Part shown: positions 49,960 through 58,682 of the stretch, piece by piece
Layout: every line of letters starts with the position of its first letter
Numbering within the stretch: position 1 is the stretch's first letter
Assembly: GCA_037443035.1 (NCBI GenBank)
Contig: JBBIPC010000009.1
Span: 1-64,000 of the forward strand
Origin: Chthonomonadales bacterium
GTDB lineage: Bacteria > Armatimonadota > Chthonomonadetes > Chthonomonadales > CAJBBX01
DNA: 64,000 nucleotides
Direction of reading: 5' to 3'
The notes under the pieces: generated by a model
Seen by the model: only the letters and a program-made list of their open reading frames with translations
What the model was told of the DNA's origin: nothing
The model's database searches: none
Position numbers and translations under genes: made by a program

Positions 49960-51246
49960 ATGGCACGTCAAACACTGCAGACCGTGGAGAGCGTCGAGCG
50001 CGCATGTCTCGTGTGTGTGGAGCCAGATGACGCTGCCGAGCCCTATGCAATCGCGGAGTTGCGTGCGCTCGCCACGACCGCCGGTGCCGAAGTCGTAGTC
50101 GAGGCACACCAGCACCGTCGCGACCCGGACCCAGCCTACTACATTGGCAAGGGGAAAGCTGAAGAAGTCGCGGCTGCCGTTCGCGCCACTCAGGCGGACT
50201 TGGTGATCGTAGACACAGAGCTCTCGCCCGTCCAGCAGCGGAACCTCCAGGATGTCATGGATGTCCGGGTCGTGGACCGCACCCAGCTCATTCTGGACGT
50301 CTTCGGTCAGAGGGCTCGTACGCGCGAGGGAAAGCTGCAGGTCGAACTGGCCCAGCTCACGTATCTGCTGCCACGGCTCATGAACCTCTATACGAAGTTC
50401 GAAAGGCAGCAGGGCGGTATCGGGGTTCGAGGCGGCGCAGGTGAGACCAAATTGGAGACGGACCGACGGAAGGTCCGGCAACGCATCACGGACCTGCAGG
50501 AGGAGCTCGCCGAGGTGCGAAGCCAGCGCCAGCAGCAGCGGACTCTGCGGCGCCGACTGCCCTTTCCAGCGGCCGCTCTCGTCGGCTACACCAGTGCCGG
50601 CAAGTCCACCCTGCTGAACACGCTGAGCGGGGCAAGTGTCTACGCCGACTCACGCCTGTTTGCGACGCTCGATCCCACCACTCGCCGTGTCGTGCTGCCC
50701 GATGGATGGGCTGTACTGATGACCGATACCGTGGGGTTCATCCGCAACCTGCCTCACGACTTGATCGCGGCGTTCCGAGCCACGCTGGAAGAAGTGGTGG
50801 AAGCAGACTTTCTCCTTCACGTGGTGGACGCCAGCCATCCGCAGAGGGATCTCCAATGCGAGGCAGTGATGGCTGTCCTGGAGGATCTGGGCGCGGACAC
50901 CAAACCCGTTGTGACGGTCTTCAACAAGTGCGACCTGGTTGCCGACCAGTATCAGCTTCGGTTAGCCGTCAGCCGCCTTCCGAACGCCTGCTACATTTCC
51001 GCAGCCACCGCAGAGGGCATCCCTTCTCTCATGAACGTTATCGGTGCCGTGCTACGGTCGCTCCTCGTGCCCGTCAACGTGGTCATACCCTACAACCGTT
51101 CGGAGCTAGTGGCACAGTGCTACGAGTACGGACGCGTCAAGGAAGCCCGCTACGAATCCGACGGTATTCATGTACGGGCGGAGATTACGAAGGAGCTAGC
51201 CGGTCGGCTCGACCGCCTTCTCCGCGACACTCCGACCGGCCAGTAG
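49960..51246 (+). CDS. hflX: GTPase HflX
   Basis: EGKLQVELAQL, GETKLE, GYTSAGKS, LFATLD, DTVGF and NKCD. Confidence 0.96.
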   Translation: MARQTLQTVESVERACLVCVEPDDAAEPYAIAELRALATTAGAEVVVEAHQHRRDPDPAYYIGKGKAEEVAAAVRATQADLVIVDTELSPVQQRNLQDVMDVRVVDRTQLILDVFGQRARTREGKLQVELAQLTYLLPRLMNLYTKFERQQGGIGVRGGAGETKLETDRRKVRQRITDLQEELAEVRSQRQQQRTLRRRLPFPAAALVGYTSAGKSTLLNTLSGASVYADSRLFATLDPTTRRVVLPDGWAVLMTDTVGFIRNLPHDLIAAFRATLEEVVEADFLLHVVDASHPQRDLQCEAVMAVLEDLGADTKPVVTVFNKCDLVADQYQLRLAVSRLPNACYISAATAEGIPSLMNVIGAVLRSLLVPVNVVIPYNRSELVAQCYEYGRVKEARYESDGIHVRAEITKELAGRLDRLLRDTPTGQ

Positions 51247-51284
51247 GGCACGCTGCAACCGCTTGCGAGCTGGGTTCTCTTCGC

Positions 51285-52430
51285 CTATCGCCCCATGCCA
51301 GGAAACATCATCGGTTCCGGTTCGCCGACTTTGTTGACGATCTTGGCGCCCTTCATGATCTCATTGATGAGCGACGAAGCGCGAGACCGCATGTAGTTCT
51401 GCCAGGCCTGCTCCCGCTCCGATTCCGAGAGACTGCTGCCCAACCGGTCTATGCGGATGAGATGCCACCCGAACTGGGTCCGAACCGGCTGGCTCACCAC
51501 GCCAACCGGCAGACTGAACGCAACCGCCTCGAATTCCGGCACCATCTGCCCTCGAACGAAGACGCCAAGCTTGCCTTCCTGGAACTTGCTGGGGTCGTCG
51601 CTGGAGTCCATGGCTGCCTTCTCGAATGTCTTGGTCTTGTTCTCTATCTCGTGGGCGATGGCATCTATCTTGGTCTTTGCTTCCGCGTATGCCTTTTCGG
51701 CATCTACAGGCTGCGGTTGTTCATTGGACCCCGGCTGCGGGGCTGGCGGCTGGAGGTTGACCCTTACGAGAATGTGGCGCCCTTCCCGGTAGTCATCGGG
51801 ACCTAGCGGGTGACCGATCTTGGCCTCCAGCTCCTTCTTCGCAATGGCCTCGAGATACATAGACGTCACAACACCCCGCCGGATCGTCGTCGGCCGGTAC
51901 CCCAGATCGCTCAGGACCTGTGCGTCGGTCTTGTTGCCCATACGGAGCTGCTGACGAGCGTTGTTGATCGCCCTGGCGACCTGCTTGGAGATCTCCGCCT
52001 CGGACAGCGTGATGCCCTGCTTCTTCGCGTACTGGGCGATGGCCAGCTCCCGGATCCGATTCTGAACGGCCTCGCGTATGGCCGGCGATTTCTCTTGCAG
52101 AAGCCATGCCACGACATCGTCTCGCGAGACGGTCACGGGTTTCCCACCTGACTTCGCTAGCCGATCCAGCACGAGCACCCCCACCGAGCCGGCGATAGGT
52201 CGTGCTCGATCCTTGAACTGCGGATTCGTGGCCTTGAGCCTCGCCTCTTGATCGGCCAAGACCTCATCGGCGATCTGCCGCCGCGTGATCTTCTCGCCGT
52301 TGACCGTGGCCACGACTTCGTCGGCAGGTTGTTTCGCCAGCGCCTTTCGGGTCGGTTTCTGTGCCTGCGCAGTCGCAAGCCAGGCTGCGCCGACGAGAGC
52401 TGCGACGGCCGCCATGAACGCGTTTCTCAT
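51285..52430 (-). CDS. Exported parvulin-type PPIase (PrsA/SurA-like)
   Basis: Signal peptide; VATVNGE, RHIL, MVPEFE and TQFGWHLI motifs. Confidence 0.9.
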   Translation of the reverse strand: MRNAFMAAVAALVGAAWLATAQAQKPTRKALAKQPADEVVATVNGEKITRRQIADEVLADQEARLKATNPQFKDRARPIAGSVGVLVLDRLAKSGGKPVTVSRDDVVAWLLQEKSPAIREAVQNRIRELAIAQYAKKQGITLSEAEISKQVARAINNARQQLRMGNKTDAQVLSDLGYRPTTIRRGVVTSMYLEAIAKKELEAKIGHPLGPDDYREGRHILVRVNLQPPAPQPGSNEQPQPVDAEKAYAEAKTKIDAIAHEIENKTKTFEKAAMDSSDDPSKFQEGKLGVFVRGQMVPEFEAVAFSLPVGVVSQPVRTQFGWHLIRIDRLGSSLSESEREQAWQNYMRSRASSLINEIMKGAKIVNKVGEPEPMMFPGMGR

Positions 52431-52489
52431 TCTCAATGGTCTCTCCCTGGCCAACCCGTCTTCGGGATGGCATGCAGAGTATATCCTAC

Positions 52490-53413
52490 CTAGCCAGCGC
52501 CCTTGCCGTGATGCTCACGCTGGTGCTCCATCTCGGCGTCATGGGGCTCCGTATGCAGCATGACCTCGGCGCGTGGCAGCTTGCTGCGGATTTCGTCCTC
52601 CAGCCGTTCGGTCAGTTCGTGTGCCTCGGACAACGTCATGTCGTCTGCCACGAGGACGTGCGCGTCAATGTGGCGCGAGGACCCCGACTTGCGCGTCCGC
52701 ACTTTGTGATAGGCCAGCACAGCCGGTTCCGCCTCGAGAACGCCGATTACCGTGCGCAGGTCGGCGTCCGGTAGGCCCGTATCCATGAGACCGTGGAGGG
52801 CGTCCCGTGTCAGGGCGTAAGCAGCCCGACATATGATGAGAGCTACCCCAATGGCGACGATAGGATCGAGCACGTACCACCCCGTTACGTGCACGATCCC
52901 AAGGCCAAGGACAACGCCGACCGAGGTGACGACGTCTGTGCGAAGGTGCTCCGCGTCCGCCCTGAGCGCCAGCGAGTCCGTCTCCCGGGCGACTCGAAAC
53001 AGGCGTTGCGAAACCAGGATGTTCGTCACGGCGGACAGGACCATCACCGCTATACCCGGCAACACCAACAGCCCCTCGACACCGTGAACGAGCTTGCTGA
53101 CCGCCTCGTAGATGATATAGCCGGATGCGCCGAAGATCAGCAGAGCCTCCACCATTCCGGAGATACTCTCGATCTTACCGTGGCCGTAGGGGTGGTGTGC
53201 GTCAGCTGGTCTATCGGACATGCGAACCGAGAAGTAGGCAATCCCCGCTGCCACGAGGTCGTTGGCTGAGTGGGCGGCTTCAGACAACACGCTGACAGAG
53301 CCCGTGACAATGCCAACCACGAGCTTCGTGATTGTCAGCACGGTGTTGCTGATGACGGACAGCTTGGCAGCTGCGACTTTGCTTGTCGCTATGAAGCCTC
53401 GTTCCTCAGTCAC
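52490..53413 (-). CDS. Cation diffusion facilitator (FieF-like)
   Basis: HSAND, HPYGHGK, HLRTD and HTEP motifs; six TM helices; start approximate. Confidence 0.9.
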   Translation of the reverse strand: MTEERGFIATSKVAAAKLSVISNTVLTITKLVVGIVTGSVSVLSEAAHSANDLVAAGIAYFSVRMSDRPADAHHPYGHGKIESISGMVEALLIFGASGYIIYEAVSKLVHGVEGLLVLPGIAVMVLSAVTNILVSQRLFRVARETDSLALRADAEHLRTDVVTSVGVVLGLGIVHVTGWYVLDPIVAIGVALIICRAAYALTRDALHGLMDTGLPDADLRTVIGVLEAEPAVLAYHKVRTRKSGSSRHIDAHVLVADDMTLSEAHELTERLEDEIRSKLPRAEVMLHTEPHDAEMEHQREHHGKGAG

Positions 53414-54119
53414 TTCTCCAACGCCCTCTGCTCGACGGTTCACCACGTCGCATCACTGCAAGCCTGCGCTCCGTGTTGGTCAGAGGCAGTGTCACCGCGA
53501 CTACTTCGGCCAACTGGCATCCATACTGGCGAACTGCGTCCTCAGCGCTCTGGATTTCCTCCAGCGCATCGCCGCTTTTGTACGCAACAGCGACACCGCC
53601 ACTGCGCACGAACGGAAGCATCCACCGCACTAGCCGCGACATGGGCGCCACGGCCCGGGCCACCACCAGATCGTACCTTCTCACCGCGGTAGCTGTCCTC
53701 GCTAGGTCCTCAGCTCGCACATGCATAGCACGTATGTTCGGAAGGTCCAGGATGTCCACCACATGCTGAACGAACGTGATTCTCTTGCGTGTGCCGTCTA
53801 TCAAGTCGAAGTGCCAGTGCGGGAACGCCACCGCGAGCGCCACGCCTGGCAGTCCCGCGCCCGTACCAATGTCGAGCGCCATGCCAGCTCGTCGCATGTC
53901 AATGGCGCAGGCCACGGTCAGGGAATCGATGATGTGCCTTTCGATGGCGTCCTCTCTTGGTACCCGTGTGAGGTTCAGTCGCTCGTTCCAGTCGTACAGC
54001 TCTTCAAGGAACCGCAGTAAGCGCCTCCCCTGCTTCTCCGTCAGCTCCACGCCGAGGTTGCTGCTCGCTCCGAGTAGGAGCTCCAGTGCTTCCGTCCCCA
54101 TTGACTCTTCGGGCGCCAT
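53406..54119 (-). CDS. rsmG: 16S rRNA m7G527 methyltransferase
   Basis: NLT, HIIDS, DIGTGAGLPG, RAE and ARAV motifs; start at 54119 or 54101. Confidence 0.93.
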   Translation of the reverse strand: MAPEESMGTEALELLLGASSNLGVELTEKQGRRLLRFLEELYDWNERLNLTRVPREDAIERHIIDSLTVACAIDMRRAGMALDIGTGAGLPGVALAVAFPHWHFDLIDGTRKRITFVQHVVDILDLPNIRAMHVRAEDLARTATAVRRYDLVVARAVAPMSRLVRWMLPFVRSGGVAVAYKSGDALEEIQSAEDAVRQYGCQLAEVVAVTLPLTNTERRLAVMRRGEPSSRGRWRSD

Positions 54120-54139
54120 GACCGCATAATCTTGATAGA

Positions 54140-54213
54140 CGGGGTGTAGCGCAGCCTGGTAGCGCACTCGCTTTGGGAGCGAGTGGTCGCCGGTTCGAAT
54201 CCGGCCACCCCGA
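54140..54213 (+). tRNA. tRNA-Pro(TGG), CCA not encoded
   Basis: Acceptor stem CGGGGTG/CACCCCG, D arm AGCGCAGCCTGGTAGCGC, anticodon arm CTCGC-TTTGGGA-GCGAG and T loop GGTTCGAATCC. Confidence 0.96.
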
Positions 54214-54225
54214 CGTGCCTCTCCC

Positions 54226-54819
54226 CTACTGTCTGCTTCGAGCCTCTTCCGCAGCCGCCACGGGCCCATTGAAACGGCTCATGGCGATCTCGAAGCCCTC
54301 ACTCAGCGCCGTCTCGATGGCGTCTGCCGCAATCTCTATCATCGCCTCTACGACCGGCTCTTCCTCGCGACCGAATCGGCTCAAGACATGCGCCACCAGG
54401 TCGGCGTTACCACCGCTACCGATACCGAGCCTGAAGCGGCGATACTCCTGCGTGCCCAAGTGCTCCTCGATGGACTCCAAGCCGTGATGCCCACCGGATG
54501 TCCCCTTCAACCGGAGACGGAGGGTTCCGAGCGGCAGTGCGGCATCATCGAGAACGACCCACACCTGCGGCGGCTCCAGGCTGTAGTACCGTGACAGACT
54601 CGCCACGGGTTCGCCCGACAAGTTCATGTACGTGACAGGCTTGGCAAGCATAACCCGATGCCCACCGACTGTGCCTGAACCGACCAAGGCTCGGTGCGAG
54701 AGGCGGTTTATCGAGATGCCATGACGCGCCGCTAGACAGTCGACGACGGCGTACCCGACATTGTGCCTGGTACCTGCATACCGTTCGCCCGGATTGCCAA
54801 GCCCAACGATGAGGTACAC
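54226..54819 (-). CDS. pth: Peptidyl-tRNA hydrolase
   Basis: LIVGLGNPG, TRHNVG, KP.TYMNLSG and GGHHG motifs; GTG start after AGGAG. Confidence 0.95.
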   Translation of the reverse strand: MYLIVGLGNPGERYAGTRHNVGYAVVDCLAARHGISINRLSHRALVGSGTVGGHRVMLAKPVTYMNLSGEPVASLSRYYSLEPPQVWVVLDDAALPLGTLRLRLKGTSGGHHGLESIEEHLGTQEYRRFRLGIGSGGNADLVAHVLSRFGREEEPVVEAMIEIAADAIETALSEGFEIAMSRFNGPVAAAEEARSRQ

Positions 54820-54853
54820 GACCGAGGCTCCTGAGTCCGCAGCGTTGAGGCCC

Positions 54854-54905
54854 ATTATACCTTCGCGCTGTCGACCGTGGCTCGCTCGAGGCTTACTGCT
54901 ATAAT
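54854..54905. promoter_or_regulatory. Back-to-back -10 boxes for pth (minus) and the GT2 operon (plus)
   Basis: TATAAT on the minus strand at 54854-54859 and TGcTATAAT on the plus strand at 54897-54905. Confidence 0.6.
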
Positions 54906-54931
54906 GGGATGATGGGTTCTTCGATACTTGC

Positions 54932-55720
54932 ATGGAGAGACCTCTGAGCGCACTGCAACCGAACTTAGCGGATGACGGGCCGTTCTTGACCGTCGTCGTG
55001 CCCGCCTACAACGAAGCCAAGCGCATCGGCACCTCACTGGAGCGCATCCGCGCGTATCTGTCGCGGAAGGATTATCCCTGGGAGATTCTGGTGGTCGATG
55101 ACGGGAGCAGCGACGAGACGAACGCTATCGTTGCAAGGGTACTGGCTGACTGCAACGGAAAGGTGCTGCGGTATGCACCGAACCGTGGCAAGGGCCATGC
55201 CGTCCGCTATGGGATGCTCCGTGCGTCTGGGCGTCTTGTGCTGTTCTCCGATGCCGACTTGGCCACGCCAATCGAGGAGCTCGACACACTGCAGAAGGCC
55301 ATCGAGAACGGGGCAGATGTCGCCATCGGGTCCAGAGATGTGCCAGGAGCGCGTCTGGAGCGGCGCCAGTCGCTGATTCGCGAACTGGGTGGAAAGTTGT
55401 TCAATCGCTGCGTGCAGTTGTTCGCGGTACCTGGCATTCGGGATACCCAGTGTGGATTCAAACTGTTCACGAGCGAGGCTGCCGCCAACATCTTCAGCCT
55501 CTGTACGATAGACAACTTCTCGTTCGATGTCGAGGTGCTCTACCTTGCCCGTCGGCTCGGCTATCGTATTGCGGAGGTGCCCGTCACCTGGCGCCATCAA
55601 GAGGGAAGCAAGGTGCGGTTGTGGCGTGATGCACCACGCATGCTGCGCACCCTCATGCGCATCCGCATGACGCGCTATCCCGTTGCCGCTGCAGTGCGAC
55701 GGACGTCGGTGATCCCCTAG
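54932..55720 (+). CDS. GT2 glycosyltransferase (dolichyl-phosphate beta-glucosyltransferase-like)
   Basis: VPAYNE, DDGS, GKG, DAD, DTQCGFK and FDVE motifs. Confidence 0.9.
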   Translation: MERPLSALQPNLADDGPFLTVVVPAYNEAKRIGTSLERIRAYLSRKDYPWEILVVDDGSSDETNAIVARVLADCNGKVLRYAPNRGKGHAVRYGMLRASGRLVLFSDADLATPIEELDTLQKAIENGADVAIGSRDVPGARLERRQSLIRELGGKLFNRCVQLFAVPGIRDTQCGFKLFTSEAAANIFSLCTIDNFSFDVEVLYLARRLGYRIAEVPVTWRHQEGSKVRLWRDAPRMLRTLMRIRMTRYPVAAAVRRTSVIP

Positions 55721-55741
55721 TCCAGCGCTCCCACTGCCTGC

Positions 55742-56476
55742 ATGAACCCGGCTGAATATGAGCGGATGTATGCCCAGGAGGACACCTACTGGTGGTTCGT
55801 GGGGCGCCGACGGCTCATTCTCGGCCTCATGCAGCGTCAGTTTCCCGACAGAAGCGACTTGCGCATCCTCGATGTCGGTTGCGGTACCGGCGCCATGTCG
55901 AGTGCCATGCGTGGCCTCGGTACAGTCACGTCGGCCGATATGAGCCCCCTCGCTCTGCGGTTCAGCAGCCGACGAGGACTCGACCGTCTCTGTTGCGCCG
56001 ACGGCGTCAGGCTTCCATTCCGCAGCCGGACCTTTGACGCCGTCGTGGCGCTGGATCTCATCGAACACATTCCCGAGGACTTCGCTGCAGTCGAGGAGTT
56101 CCGGCGTGTGCTCAGGCCAGGGGGTTGTCTCTTCGCCACGGTGCCCGCCTACCAGTTTCTCTGGAGCGGCCATGACCTCGCCCTCATGCACCAGCGGCGC
56201 TACACCACAGCCCAGTTCAGGCGGTTGGTGTCCCAAGCCGGACTGAACGTACTACGCCTCAGCTATGCTATGACTGCGCTCTTTCCGCTTGTGTGGCTCG
56301 TACGTCTTCGGGAGCGCCGCATGCAGGAGCCTCGCTCCAGCATCCGTCCGTTACCGCGCCCGCTGAATACCGCGCTCACCGCTGTCCTTGCAGCAGAGAA
56401 TGCCTGGCTACGCCACTTCGACTTGCCATTCGGCGTATCCGTCCTGTGCGTTGCCCGCCGGGAGGACGACTCATGA
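55742..56476 (+). CDS. Class I SAM-dependent methyltransferase
   Basis: WWFVGRR, LDVGCGTG, EH, VPA and H.RRY motifs. Confidence 0.9.
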   Translation: MNPAEYERMYAQEDTYWWFVGRRRLILGLMQRQFPDRSDLRILDVGCGTGAMSSAMRGLGTVTSADMSPLALRFSSRRGLDRLCCADGVRLPFRSRTFDAVVALDLIEHIPEDFAAVEEFRRVLRPGGCLFATVPAYQFLWSGHDLALMHQRRYTTAQFRRLVSQAGLNVLRLSYAMTALFPLVWLVRLRERRMQEPRSSIRPLPRPLNTALTAVLAAENAWLRHFDLPFGVSVLCVARREDDS

Positions 56477-57336
56477 CGTGGTGGCTGGGGCTGATCGCGG
56501 CCGCGACGGTCTCGGTGGCCTATGCTCTTTGGCGTCACATGCGGCGCATCGAACCGGAGCGAATCGAGATCGTGCGGAGGGACGTCGAGTCCACCACGCT
56601 CCCCCCGGAACTGGACGGCCTGGTCCTCTGTCACATCTCCGACACTCATATCACTCAGGACCCCCGCAACAGCCAATCCGTCGCCGATGCGATTGCGGCC
56701 GTAGACGCGGATCTGTTCGTGCTGACAGGCGACCTGATCCACGGCCCGAAAGGTGTGGATTGCCTCATCCGATGGCTCGACGGTCTGCCTCGTCCGCTGT
56801 CGCCTGCCGTGGCCGTTTTCGGGAATGCGGAGCACAAGCGGCGCATCAACTCCCGGCACTTGCGAGAACTTCTGGAGGACCGAGGAATCCGCGTTCTCGT
56901 AAACGAAGCCATGCAACTTCCTTTGCGCGGTGGCGTTCTGCAGATCGTCGGTCTAGACGACCCGCACACCGGTCGAAGCAAGCCGGCATCCGCTTATGCC
57001 CACGCCGATCCTCAGCTCTGGACGCTCGTCCTAGTCCATTCGCCGGAGGGGGTGCTGGGTCTGGATGGAAGACGCGCGGATCTGGTACTCGCGGGTCATA
57101 CACACGGGGGCCAGATCCTGCTCCCGGGTGTCGGTTGGGTGTCTGACAACACCCACAACAGGGTGGGCCTGATCTCAGGCTACTACAGCGCCCAGGATCT
57201 TGCGATTCGCGCCGGCCTGCATCGTCCGCCGGAGGCGCTCTATGTGTCGCGAGGACTGGGCACGTCAGGCTGGCCTATCCGTCTGCGATGCCGTCCGGAA
57301 CTCCCGCTGCTGACGCTGCGCCGTCGTGCTAGCTAG
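56473..57336 (+). CDS. Membrane-anchored metallophosphoesterase (YkuE/YaeI-like)
   Basis: SDTH, TGD, GNAE (His replaced), GHTHGGQ and VSRGLG motifs. Confidence 0.88.
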   Translation: MTWWLGLIAAATVSVAYALWRHMRRIEPERIEIVRRDVESTTLPPELDGLVLCHISDTHITQDPRNSQSVADAIAAVDADLFVLTGDLIHGPKGVDCLIRWLDGLPRPLSPAVAVFGNAEHKRRINSRHLRELLEDRGIRVLVNEAMQLPLRGGVLQIVGLDDPHTGRSKPASAYAHADPQLWTLVLVHSPEGVLGLDGRRADLVLAGHTHGGQILLPGVGWVSDNTHNRVGLISGYYSAQDLAIRAGLHRPPEALYVSRGLGTSGWPIRLRCRPELPLLTLRRRAS

Positions 57337-58186
57337 CCGCCTCCACAGGGGACACAGCCCTCACCTTACCAGCTTCCCACTGTGCCTTGCCGACGACCGC
57401 GTCGGTGATGCCAAGCAGACGGCGCACCTGTCTCTCGAAGATCTCCGGATCCCCCGTCGTCAGGAGGCGCATCTCGCCCGTCGGGCTGCTCTGGTCCAAC
57501 ACCGTCATGTGACGAAGCTCGTCCACCATCGCCTGTGCCGGGTCCACGAACACCGGCTCGGTCTCGAAGATGCTATGCGCCTCCTCCTCGAACACTGGCA
57601 GCAGCAAGGGGTAATGCGTACATCCCAGGATGATGGTCGTGCACCCCGCTTCCGCCAGCGGCCGTAAATAGCCCCGGCACCGAGCCTGGATTGTAGCACC
57701 GTTCAGCGCACCACTCTCGATGAGCGGCACGAGATCAGGGCACGGGACCTGGGTCACGACGGCTTCGGGACACAACCGGTGGAGCAGTCTGGGATAAGCT
57801 CCACTCGCAACCGTTCCCCGAGTGGCTAGAACGCCGATTCTCGGTGTCCCGTCATGCGTCGCTTCGAGCGCTGCACGTACCGCAGCCTCGATGACGCCGA
57901 TAACTGGCGTCGGCCAGTGCCTTGCACGGGCAGTTTCCAGTGCTGTTGCCGAGGAGATGTTGCACGCCATCACCACCGCACGGCTGCCGACGGATATCAG
58001 GAACTGGGTGATGGCCAGAGCGAAGCCGCGGATTTCCTCGGCGGGTCGGTCACCGTAGGGGACATGCGCCTGGTCAGCGAGGTACAGAATGCGCTGTGAC
58101 GGGTACTCGCGTCGGAGCGCCCGCACCACCGTCAGGCCACCCACCCCGGAGTCGAAGAGCCCCACGGGTCCTGCAGGCGATGTCAC
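57329..58186 (-). CDS. murI: Glutamate racemase
   Basis: DSGVGG, PYG, ACN and GCTHY motifs. Confidence 0.95.
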   Translation of the reverse strand: MTSPAGPVGLFDSGVGGLTVVRALRREYPSQRILYLADQAHVPYGDRPAEEIRGFALAITQFLISVGSRAVVMACNISSATALETARARHWPTPVIGVIEAAVRAALEATHDGTPRIGVLATRGTVASGAYPRLLHRLCPEAVVTQVPCPDLVPLIESGALNGATIQARCRGYLRPLAEAGCTTIILGCTHYPLLLPVFEEEAHSIFETEPVFVDPAQAMVDELRHMTVLDQSSPTGEMRLLTTGDPEIFERQVRRLLGITDAVVGKAQWEAGKVRAVSPVEAAS

Positions 58187-58680
58187 TGCTCGCCGCCCGA
58201 GCCTGCGTCACCACCTCTGACGGGTATCTCGCTCCATTCTCCGCTGTGGGAGCCCTCGAAGACGTTCCCTACCACCAGCACCGTCAGGCTCTTGACCTTG
58301 TCGAATGGCCCAAGCGCCCGACGGAGGGCGTTCTGAGCTTCGGATTCACCGGTCGTACCCGACTCGTTGACCTGCAGAAACTCCTTGCTCAGCTCGACGA
58401 GACAGACACCACTCTTCGTCAGCTCCAAACTCACCAATCGTGTACCTTCTGGTATGGCGCCGCCACGGCTGATGGCAGCCCGAAGAGAGTGAGCGAGATC
58501 CATGCAGTCGCTCTGAACTTGTGCGCCATCGTCCATGGCCGTGACTTTCACTTGGCGGCGTTCCTCTTCTACGGGGCGGCCAGGTGGTGGAGGTGCGGAT
58601 GGTGCATAGGTCTGGTACGCCCACCATGCACCGAGACCGATCATGAGGAGAATCAGGAGCACGACTGCCAGAGCGCGCAA
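58183..58680 (-). CDS. GerMN domain protein
   Basis: N-terminal TM helix; IPEGTRL..VELS.EF..G...E pattern. Confidence 0.8.
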   Translation of the reverse strand: MRALAVVLLILLMIGLGAWWAYQTYAPSAPPPPGRPVEEERRQVKVTAMDDGAQVQSDCMDLAHSLRAAISRGGAIPEGTRLVSLELTKSGVCLVELSKEFLQVNESGTTGESEAQNALRRALGPFDKVKSLTVLVVGNVFEGSHSGEWSEIPVRGGDAGSGGEQ

Positions 58681-58682
58681 CG

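Noticed and set aside
54140..54230. tRNA-Pro as a genomic island attachment site
   Set aside because: It is flanked by housekeeping rsmG and pth, with no integrase and no duplicated tRNA 3' end noticed.
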